From an uncultured Candidatus Saccharibacteria bacterium (GTDB lineage Bacteria; Patescibacteriota; Minisyncoccia; Phycocordibacterales; UBA9973), in contig CAYVZI010000001.1 in assembly GCA_964456475.1 (NCBI GenBank), forward strand, positions 11,762 through 75,761: a DNA stretch of 64,000 bases, read 5' to 3'. The notes beneath the pieces are model-generated. The model saw nothing but the letters and a program-made list of their open reading frames with translations. It was not told the origin of the DNA and did no database searches. Below, piece after piece: positions 57,058-64,000 of the stretch. The stretch's first letter is position 1. Each line of letters begins with the position of its first letter. A program made the translations under genes and the position numbers.

Positions 57058-58365
57058 CTAAATTGGCAAATTAGAAGGTGGCTTCGCAACTTTAGACTCA
57101 ATTCGCTTAAACGAAGGCGCCTGCGAAACCTGACCAGGGAAATGGAACAGTGTGGCCAATTCTTCGACATTCACTACACCAATAACAGGTCGTTTTGATG
57201 GAAAAAATGTGTTGACTAGACTTGGATAATCAATCGAGTACCAAAACGGCGGATGATAGAAAATACGATGTCGATACCAGTTGAGCATGCGATTCGTAAT
57301 CTTATGCAAAAGAAGTCCTGTTGGATCAGCGTATGGGCCATCTACTCCAGTCGAATTCAATTTTACAAAACTATTCCCATCAGGATTCGCGTACTGTCGA
57401 AAGAGAAGTCCGCTCGCCATGGTTATTTTATTGAATTGATCAAACGAGACATACTTTTTTTCTGCAACAACAACGACTCGAATTCCAATATCAAACCCAA
57501 GTTTTTGAATTTTCTCTTGAATTTTTTTGACCCGACTTGCCACCATATCTGGCGGACGTACTTGCACGCCGACATCTCCTGCAATTGCTCCAGCTTTTGT
57601 AAAAAATTCTTGTGTATAAGGAGCAAGAATACGATCGACTTCCTCATTTGCTTCATCTATCCAGCCGATATGTTTTCCTGTCTTGTGTGAATGATATGCC
57701 TTGCATGATGGGCGCACGACGTGTTGAATCCAAATCTGTTCACCACGCTTGAGCGAGCCAAGCAATTCTATTGTCGGTGTAAGTGGGTCAATCTTGAGAT
57801 TTTCCTTGTCGCTCGGTTTGTCGAGACCATAATCAACATAGGTTCGAATCGGCTTGGAATCGTGTTCCACGAGCTTGAATTCTGCTCCCCAAACATGCCA
57901 GTCATCATTCGGAGCATCAAATGGTATCTTCATTGAATAATCCTTCGCATCGCGAACTTTTGCTTGAGGATACTGTGCGTACACTTGCGTTTCGATAAGA
58001 TCGCGAACACGCGAAGGTGTACGGATATAGAATTTTACAAAGCCCTCAATTCCAACGATTTCGAGCGAAAACCAAAAATGGGGTGATCCTTCAAACCAGA
58101 TATCCCACAACCCTTTTGTACCAGCATGATAGAGTGCATTACTGAAAATAAGTTCCATGGCCATTGGACTCTTTTCAATTTCACGAGGAATCTCAATTTC
58201 AAGAAGAGACCATTTCATGCCAATGATATATCGCTCTGTGACAAAATGGTGCCACAATTCAAATCCGATATACATCAGTAGTATCGGAGCCCATATGAAT
58301 GCAAGTTTTCCAATAATAAAAAATATGAATGAAAAAATTGCACCAAGAATGCCAAGTACTTCCAT
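57058..58365 (-). CDS. conserved hypothetical membrane protein
   Basis: N-terminal TM; FSLEIV, YAQYP, YPIRTY-like and EELATLFHFP..PP.NLP motifs seen in N-terminal modules of VirD4-like proteins (inference). Confidence 0.65.
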   Translation of the reverse strand: MEVLGILGAIFSFIFFIIGKLAFIWAPILLMYIGFELWHHFVTERYIIGMKWSLLEIEIPREIEKSPMAMELIFSNALYHAGTKGLWDIWFEGSPHFWFSLEIVGIEGFVKFYIRTPSRVRDLIETQVYAQYPQAKVRDAKDYSMKIPFDAPNDDWHVWGAEFKLVEHDSKPIRTYVDYGLDKPSDKENLKIDPLTPTIELLGSLKRGEQIWIQHVVRPSCKAYHSHKTGKHIGWIDEANEEVDRILAPYTQEFFTKAGAIAGDVGVQVRPPDMVASRVKKIQEKIQKLGFDIGIRVVVVAEKKYVSFDQFNKITMASGLLFRQYANPDGNSFVKLNSTGVDGPYADPTGLLLHKITNRMLNWYRHRIFYHPPFWYSIDYPSLVNTFFPSKRPVIGVVNVEELATLFHFPGQVSQAPSFKRIESKVAKPPSNLPI

Positions 58366-58384
58366 ATATACAAGTATACTCTAG

Positions 58385-58419
58385 TAAAACTCTAAATCCA
58401 AAACTCTAAATACTAAAAT
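58385..58419. repeat. 7-mer array in phase with a stop codon
   Basis: TAAAACT CTAAATC CAAAACT CTAAATA CTAAAAT. Confidence 0.65.
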
Positions 58420-58904
58420 TGGACTGGCACTGCATAGACGAGCCCTGTTGTACTCACAAACACGATTTTTCCCATATCAGTTGAAGGTGGAGTCAATAGC
58501 ATGAGATCATTTCCGAAATACATTGGATATCCATCTGTGGTATTCGGTACAACAAGGTCAGATGGTTTTGTTATCGGCATTCCCATGTCATCGAATACTT
58601 GTGCTGTTCCAGCAATAGCATATCCACCTGGAGTACCTCCGTACATCCAACCACACTGATTGATATATCCCGACACTTTCACGGGAAAAACTATTTTCGT
58701 ATTCGAATCAGGTTTTTGCACAGTGAGACCACACGGCAAACGAAGTAATGACTTTATGTTGAATGAATCCCAAAGAACTCTTTCATCCTTGAAGAACCCA
58801 GAGAAAATGAATGCCAAAAAAATAAGTATTGCAATAACTGCAATAAAGTTTACTCCGCCCTCGCCACGTTCGTGTATCATTAAAACATTATAGCAATAAA
58901 TCAT
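58413..58904 (-). CDS. membrane-anchored Ig-like (Gmad2-like) protein
   Basis: TM then P..N.KI.FP.KV.G, C-terminal VPVQF. Confidence 0.55.
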   Translation of the reverse strand: MIYCYNVLMIHERGEGGVNFIAVIAILIFLAFIFSGFFKDERVLWDSFNIKSLLRLPCGLTVQKPDSNTKIVFPVKVSGYINQCGWMYGGTPGGYAIAGTAQVFDDMGMPITKPSDLVVPNTTDGYPMYFGNDLMLLTPPSTDMGKIVFVSTTGLVYAVPVQF

Positions 58905-58966
58905 AAAATCACGAGAAAAAAGCCCCCTGTTTTACAGAAGGCCTTAATAAAAAGCAAAATAGATAG

Positions 58967-59614
58967 TTACAGATACTGCAAGATAATAAAAGACAACATT
59001 AGAAGTAAAGATATAACACTCAAAATAGCGGTGAGATTTTTGTTATCAGTAGTAAAGGCAAAAATCATAAAACTCATAACACCAGCACCTATACTCAATA
59101 ACGGAAAATCAGCGATAAAGCCGATACTACTAAAAAATGTCACTAATGCAATAGCTGTAGCAAATAATGCATACATTATACAAAATATTCTCGACGAAAA
59201 ATTGCATAATATCATACAAAGAATAGATAGTGCCGCCAAAAACAAATGCCACGCGAAGAGTACTGAGGCAGAGCTTCCGTTATTACCCACAGCAACAATA
59301 GTGCTACCAGTAAGTAAAATGCCTTGCGTATATTCTTCGCAAACATATATCTCAACCAAGTTTTTCATTTTACTAGAGCGGATTTTCCGCTCTCCAACAG
59401 CAATTGTATCACCAGGATGGTCGATAGCTTGCTGAAAGAACGCATTATATTGCTCCGCATCCTTTGCGACAAAAATACCAGTGTTTTCATATGTCACCAG
59501 AGTATCAGGTGCGATGCGATAGTTTCCGTCTGAAGACTTCTGCAATTGCCGTTGAGCAAAAAGAGATGTTGCGGTTATCAATGCAACAACGCAGAACAAT
59601 ACTATTCTTTTCAT
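58967..59614 (-). CDS. secreted/membrane hypothetical protein (orphan)
   Basis: signal peptide ending SLFAQ, four C-terminal TMs; TTGACT-17-TATAAT 59642-59670. Confidence 0.7.
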   Translation of the reverse strand: MKRIVLFCVVALITATSLFAQRQLQKSSDGNYRIAPDTLVTYENTGIFVAKDAEQYNAFFQQAIDHPGDTIAVGERKIRSSKMKNLVEIYVCEEYTQGILLTGSTIVAVGNNGSSASVLFAWHLFLAALSILCMILCNFSSRIFCIMYALFATAIALVTFFSSIGFIADFPLLSIGAGVMSFMIFAFTTDNKNLTAILSVISLLLMLSFIILQYL

Positions 59615-59664
59615 ATTTTTAAGTTTTTAAAGTTTACATGTATTATATCACTTAAATTGTATAT

Positions 59665-59705
59665 AGTCAAATCCCCCGCGAGCTAAGCTCTTGGGGGATT
59701 TGACT
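59665..59705 (-). terminator. terminator whose arm overlaps the -35 of the next gene
   Basis: AGTCAAATCCCCC...GGGGGATTTGACT. Confidence 0.75.
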
Positions 59706-59734
59706 TGTTTTAATGCTTTTGTGTTTTCTTGTGG

Positions 59735-60766
59735 TTAGATAGGTGAGTATTTCTTGTCTTTGTTTTTCTTGAAATACTTTGGGTTCTGAAGATTCACAAG
59801 GATTGTGTTCTTTTTGAGGTAGCGTTCCTTGAGAACTTTGTCTACCACTTCTTCCTTGGTGAGCGGTCCTTCACGTTTCAAGATTTCCTTGATGACGTCA
59901 CGGACGACTCCCGGCTTGTATCCCCATTCTTGAAGAGCATACATTCCGCGTCCAACAAGTACGAAGCGTTTGTCTTTGATGAGTTCGTTGTGGCAAGTAG
60001 CTGTGTGACACTTCTTCACAAATGTATCGGAGATCGCTTCTGCAACTTCACGGAAGTGCATCGGTGATCCGTGCTTACGCATCATAAGATATGCAAAATC
60101 CTTGATACCACGAGCCTTCACACCGCTTGCTGTAGCGCGTCCCATTTCGCCGAGTGGATTCTTACAGATTCCTTTTGAGAGACAGAGCCATCGCTTTGCA
60201 ATTTCTTCATCAACAGTAGCAACGTTAATCTTTTTCAATTCATCAAGGAAACGATTTACCATTTCACTTTCAGTAATGAGTTCGTCATCATCAAGCTTTT
60301 CGTACAATGACTGAAGTGTAGTGTGTACTTTGTCAGAAAGGTCTGTATCAATACTCCAGCGAGATACAAAATTGTCGTCTTCGCGGTGTTTGATGAATTC
60401 ATCTCCAAGAACAAGGTAGAAGTGGATGTGATTCTGAGTTTCCTCATCCTTTGCAATACTTGAGAGAAGGTCGTCTTCTGCTACGAGCCCGCCGAGTTCA
60501 GTAATGAGTGATTTAAGTTCACTCCAAGTAGACTTTTCACTCTTGTAGTCGTCTGATTTTTTGATGAGGGCGAGTGCAGCCTGTTCAATCTGACGAACAC
60601 GCTCACGGGTAATGCCGTATTTGTCTCCGATTGCCTCCAATGTCTGTCGTTCAGCAAGGGTTCCAAGTCCAAAACGGCTCTTGATAATATCAAGAGAACG
60701 GTCCTGAAGCGGGGAAAGTATTTTTTTTGTGACAGCCTTTGGCTTAAATGATATTTTCTTTGACAT
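59735..60766 (-). CDS. sigma-70 region 4 HTH plus HARE-HTH (RNAP delta-like) protein
   Basis: RFGL...TLEAIG..YGITRERVRQIE; PMHF.E, HNELI.D.RFVLVGRG.YAL.EW. Confidence 0.8.
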   Translation of the reverse strand: MSKKISFKPKAVTKKILSPLQDRSLDIIKSRFGLGTLAERQTLEAIGDKYGITRERVRQIEQAALALIKKSDDYKSEKSTWSELKSLITELGGLVAEDDLLSSIAKDEETQNHIHFYLVLGDEFIKHREDDNFVSRWSIDTDLSDKVHTTLQSLYEKLDDDELITESEMVNRFLDELKKINVATVDEEIAKRWLCLSKGICKNPLGEMGRATASGVKARGIKDFAYLMMRKHGSPMHFREVAEAISDTFVKKCHTATCHNELIKDKRFVLVGRGMYALQEWGYKPGVVRDVIKEILKREGPLTKEEVVDKVLKERYLKKNTILVNLQNPKYFKKNKDKKYSPI

Positions 60767-60922
60767 AAATAAATTTTGTTAGATTATTACAATTCGATTC
60801 TATCATTATTGCCTGAAAAGTCAAACAATCGCTCTGGAATCTTCACTCCCCTTTTAATTTCGATTTGAGTACTATAGCACATATGTACCAATTTAGTCAA
60901 ATTCGGCTCAAAATAGCCATTT

Positions 60923-62023
60923 TTAGCTGACAAGTCGAACGATGTCATGGAATGTCACGTAGAGCATCAGTAGAATAAGCAAAAGAAAACTAACCTTATT
61001 CAGACCGACAATTACTTTGGTTGGAATGCGAGAACGTCCGTTTTTTGCAAAAAATTCCATAATACAACGCCCTCCATCAAGAGCCGGGATTGGCAACAAA
61101 TTGATGACAGCCAAATTGATCGAGATAAGTGCAACAAACGAAAGGAATGATCCAAATCCAAGTGAATATGCCTGACCTGCAATTTGAGCGATCCCGATAG
61201 GACCAGACACCTGTCCGACCATACTATCCCCACCACCAAACGAACTTGAAATAAGGAGACCGAGTGATTCAATAATGTGCACAAACTGATTTCCAGTGTA
61301 AGTAATTGCAACTTTCATTGATTGCCAGAATGGAAGGCGGACGTGAGTAACTTCGGCGAGACTAATACCCACTGTTGGCGTATCACCTACTTTTTCTGCT
61401 TTTGGAACAACAACAAATGACTCACTGTTCCCGCTTCTATCTACAGTAAAAACAATCGAGCCAGTCGAATGTGCTTTGATAAAATGAACGACATCGGAAA
61501 CAGTTTTTGGTGTCGATGTATCTTTTGCACTAGCGAGCGCTACAACAGAATCACCGGTACGCAGTCCAGCAATCTCTGCCGGGCTGTTCTTTGCAACCGA
61601 TGAGATGATAGTTGTATCTCCCCCAATAGTAACCGCATCTGGAAATTCGCCAGACTGCGCGAGAAATCCAATTGAAAATGAGCCAATATATAAAACGACT
61701 GCAATCACAAGATTGGCGACAACTCCAGCAAGCACAACGGCGATACGTTTCCACAATTTCTGATACGAAAAAAGAGTCGAGGTGTCTGACTGCCCTACTT
61801 CGGTCAGTTCTTCTCCGTAAATCTTTACAAAACCACCGAATGGAAGCCAGTTGAGCGAAAAAAGTGTTCCCTTCCAGGTGAAGAGTTTTTTTGCACGTGG
61901 CGGATACCCTATTCCAAATTCGTCTACACGGATACCAAAAGCTTTGGCAACAAAAAAATGCCCGAGCTCATGCCCGACAACGAGCACTACTATTACGATA
62001 AGGAAAATGAGGATGGTTTGCAT
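60923..62023 (-). CDS. rseP: RIP metalloprotease RseP (M50, PDZ)
   Basis: HELGHF, LPFGGFV, PDZ, NLLPIPALDGG. Confidence 0.93.
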   Translation of the reverse strand: MQTILIFLIVIVVLVVGHELGHFFVAKAFGIRVDEFGIGYPPRAKKLFTWKGTLFSLNWLPFGGFVKIYGEELTEVGQSDTSTLFSYQKLWKRIAVVLAGVVANLVIAVVLYIGSFSIGFLAQSGEFPDAVTIGGDTTIISSVAKNSPAEIAGLRTGDSVVALASAKDTSTPKTVSDVVHFIKAHSTGSIVFTVDRSGNSESFVVVPKAEKVGDTPTVGISLAEVTHVRLPFWQSMKVAITYTGNQFVHIIESLGLLISSSFGGGDSMVGQVSGPIGIAQIAGQAYSLGFGSFLSFVALISINLAVINLLPIPALDGGRCIMEFFAKNGRSRIPTKVIVGLNKVSFLLLILLMLYVTFHDIVRLVS

Positions 62024-62032
62024 AAGAAGGTT

Positions 62033-62060
62033 CTAGGATCTAGCTTCTAGGTTCTAGTTT
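62033..62060. repeat. left 7-mer array of the four-helix-bundle cassette
   Basis: CTAGGAT CTAGCTT CTAGGTT CTAGTTT; encodes the C-terminal LEPRS-stop. Confidence 0.85.
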
Positions 62061-62390
62061 AATAATCATAACTCGCAACATTTTGCTTACTTCTTCGAGT
62101 AATTCAAGGTGTGACTGAATACTTAATGAATACAAATCTCGACAAAGAAATAATTGAGTCTCAAGCTCTGAAGCGGAGCCATATGATAAGCACAAAAAAT
62201 GTGCGTAATCTTTTCGAGTCTTACGACTTGAACCTTCTGCAATATTCGAGATGATTGAAACACTGGCTCTCCTCATCTGAGACTGAAGAGCATATATTTC
62301 CATTTGAGGAAGTTGAATTTGATAGACAAGCTTAGTAAGATCATAAGCCTTTTTCCAAACTGTCAGATCTTTATACGAATTAAGTGACAT
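62040..62390 (-). CDS. four helix bundle protein (TIGR02436 / 23S rRNA IVP, Avd-like fold)
   Basis: SYKDL.VW.KA, E.Y.L.SQMRRA.VSI.SNIAEG, A/SYGS.SELETQ. Confidence 0.92.
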   Translation of the reverse strand: MSLNSYKDLTVWKKAYDLTKLVYQIQLPQMEIYALQSQMRRASVSIISNIAEGSSRKTRKDYAHFLCLSYGSASELETQLFLCRDLYSLSIQSHLELLEEVSKMLRVMIIKLEPRS

Positions 62391-62400
62391 TTTGTATTCT

Positions 62401-62435
62401 CTAGAACCTAGACCCTAGAAACTAGCACCTAGTTC
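62401..62435. repeat. right 7-mer array (inverted) of the four-helix-bundle cassette
   Basis: CTAGAAC CTAGACC CTAGAAA CTAGCAC CTAG; the last unit is the frr stop. Confidence 0.85.
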
Positions 62436-62968
62436 ATTACTTCTTGTTCCTTTGTTTCAAATACACTTTCGAGTTTTGCGTTCGCGTCAGTTACGCGTTT
62501 TTGAATTTCATCTTTCGTACGACGGTCATCATCTTCTGGAAGTTCCTCTGATTTCAATTCACTCATTGCAGTCTCGCGTTCTTTACGAACACTCACACGA
62601 GCATCTTCGAGCTTTTCCTTGAGTACTTTTACAAGTCTTGAACGATTTTCTGTGGTGAGTGTTGGGAAAATCACACGCATGCCATCACCGTCTACAGCAA
62701 GTGACACACCGAGGTTAGCAGCGGCAATTGCACGCTCAACATCCTTGATCACGCTCTTATCCCAACACATAACGCGAAGCGTTTTTGCGTCTTCAATATT
62801 GACCGAGCCCACGTTCTTGATTGGCTGAAACGATCCATAGGCTTCCACCATTACGCCATCAAGGTACGCCGGCGATACACGACCGGTATGCAAGCGCGAA
62901 TACTCGCGTGCGAGCCATTCGACTGATTCTTTTAATCCATTGTCTAAAGTTGTGTAATTGAATGCCAT
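62429..62968 (-). CDS. frr: ribosome recycling factor
   Basis: TGR.SP..LD.V.VEAYG, P.LT.E.R..LVK, ARVSVR. Confidence 0.94.
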   Translation of the reverse strand: MAFNYTTLDNGLKESVEWLAREYSRLHTGRVSPAYLDGVMVEAYGSFQPIKNVGSVNIEDAKTLRVMCWDKSVIKDVERAIAAANLGVSLAVDGDGMRVIFPTLTTENRSRLVKVLKEKLEDARVSVRKERETAMSELKSEELPEDDDRRTKDEIQKRVTDANAKLESVFETKEQEVMN

Positions 62969-63077
62969 ATAGAGCTAGTATATTAGTATTTTAAAAAATA
63001 GTAAATCGGGCAATAATCTTGAACACCTATTGACCTTGCGATTTAGTAGAGTATGATACTTTTCAAATCTCATTTGT

Positions 63078-63272
63078 ATGACAACAGCACAAATTAAGAA
63101 TGAGGCCAAACGAACATTTGGCCCAATCAATGGCTACAGCGGAATCGGATTCGAAAACGGCAAAGTTATTGTCTATGTTACAGACCCAAACTCGGTCTGT
63201 GGAAAATCAAAAATTCCGCCCTATCTCTCAGGTATGGTTCAAATTAAAACTGCAAAAAAGAGATCTAAATAA
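63078..63272 (+). CDS. 64-aa hypothetical protein (orphan)
   Basis: TTGACC-16-TATGAT 63030-63057; terminator ~63310-63335. Confidence 0.55.
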   Translation: MTTAQIKNEAKRTFGPINGYSGIGFENGKVIVYVTDPNSVCGKSKIPPYLSGMVQIKTAKKRSK

Positions 63273-63369
63273 CGATGGGTATTAATCACGTCCCTCACAA
63301 AATTATCTAAAAAGCCCCGAATCATTGGGGCTTTTCTATTTTACAAAGTGAGTGCAATGGTTTCCAAAA

Positions 63370-63987
63370 TCATCTTACCGATGAGCCAGACATATAGAGA
63401 TACTTCTTGAATTTGAGGATTTGCTCGAGAGATTTTTGGTTTTTTTGAGGGTCCTTGGCGAGGATTTGCTCGAGGCCGTCGAGGAACGAGACGGCCTTCT
63501 CGCGGACTTGAGCCGAGGCATCATCATCTTCAGACTTTTCGGCAAGCTTCGCAATGAATTGCATTCTTTCAGAGATTTTCATTTTGAGAAATTCAGAGGC
63601 ATCAATGCTTGTTTCGTTTTGCGATATCGGCATGAGCACCCGCACACGAGAAAGAAGCGTCGGCAAAAGTAGTTCCGGTTTTGGCACTGCCAAAAATATA
63701 TGGGTATTCGCAATTGGTTCTTCGAATGTTTTGAGAAGTGCATTTTGCGCTTCATTATTGATGAAGTCGGTATAGATAACAGAAACTTTTCGTTCCCCCA
63801 CCGGCATGAGTTCTTGCCAGCCACGAATCGCACGTGCATCATCCACCGAAAAAGCTACAAATTCTTGTACAAAAAAATCCGGATTGCCTTGCACGACAAT
63901 TGATTGGTCTTTCAGGAGTGCTTCAATATGAGCGCGCGCATCAGCGCGCGCTCCCCCAACAACATAACTATGAAATAAAGTTTCCAT
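63370..63987 (-). CDS. holB: short DNA polymerase III delta-prime-like protein
   Basis: NPDF, EAQNALLKTFEEP, LLPTLLSR. Confidence 0.8.
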   Translation of the reverse strand: METLFHSYVVGGARADARAHIEALLKDQSIVVQGNPDFFVQEFVAFSVDDARAIRGWQELMPVGERKVSVIYTDFINNEAQNALLKTFEEPIANTHIFLAVPKPELLLPTLLSRVRVLMPISQNETSIDASEFLKMKISERMQFIAKLAEKSEDDDASAQVREKAVSFLDGLEQILAKDPQKNQKSLEQILKFKKYLYMSGSSVR

Positions 63988-64000
63988 AAATAGTATTTAG

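Noticed and set aside
62040-62390. Diversity-generating retroelement (Avd-like gene)
   Set aside because: No reverse transcriptase and no TR/VR pair; the 131-bp repeat pair has only two differences, not many adenine-specific mismatches.
1-64000. Genetic code 25 (UGA=Gly) as in Gracilibacteria/Absconditabacteria
   Set aside because: Conserved genes are full length under code 11 and TGA ends several ORFs (3603, 12887, 49579).

Overview
Chromosomal segment of a small-genome bacterium. Gene content and protein style point to Patescibacteria/CPR, probably Parcubacteria: GAD-less AspRS, short HolB, sigma4/HARE-HTH fusion, DUF2914, and apparently leaderless promoters. This assignment is an inference; no search was run. 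Genetic code 11. The backbone is housekeeping: rplI, rpmA, rplU, gltX, aspS, trpS, cysS, gatB, frr, dnaB, recR, holB, dnaJ, scpAB, a partial dcw cluster, mltG, rseP, ctpA and a LexA-like repressor. I saw no rRNA, tRNA, CRISPR array, integrase or reverse transcriptase. The most notable signals are non-coding. (1) Degenerate 7-bp-period arrays sit at about 14 gene junctions; they form inverted pairs that bracket a four-helix-bundle (TIGR02436/Avd-like) gene at 62.0-62.4 kb and recur as 'empty' inverted pairs elsewhere. (2) A GIY-YIG nuclease gene lies between perfect 32-bp REP-like inverted repeats, with six further dispersed copies. (3) Two parallel leaders have the order promoter, leader peptide, terminator, hairpins, and resemble attenuators in front of orphan genes. 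(4) A promoter with an SOS box drives a transcript carrying two inverted ~125-bp palindromic elements. (5) A 1.7-kb cargo lies between 131/132-bp direct repeats. (6) A dozen self-contained AT-rich orphan cassettes each have promoter, ORF and usually a terminator. Coordinates of non-coding features were read by hand and may be off by a few bases.
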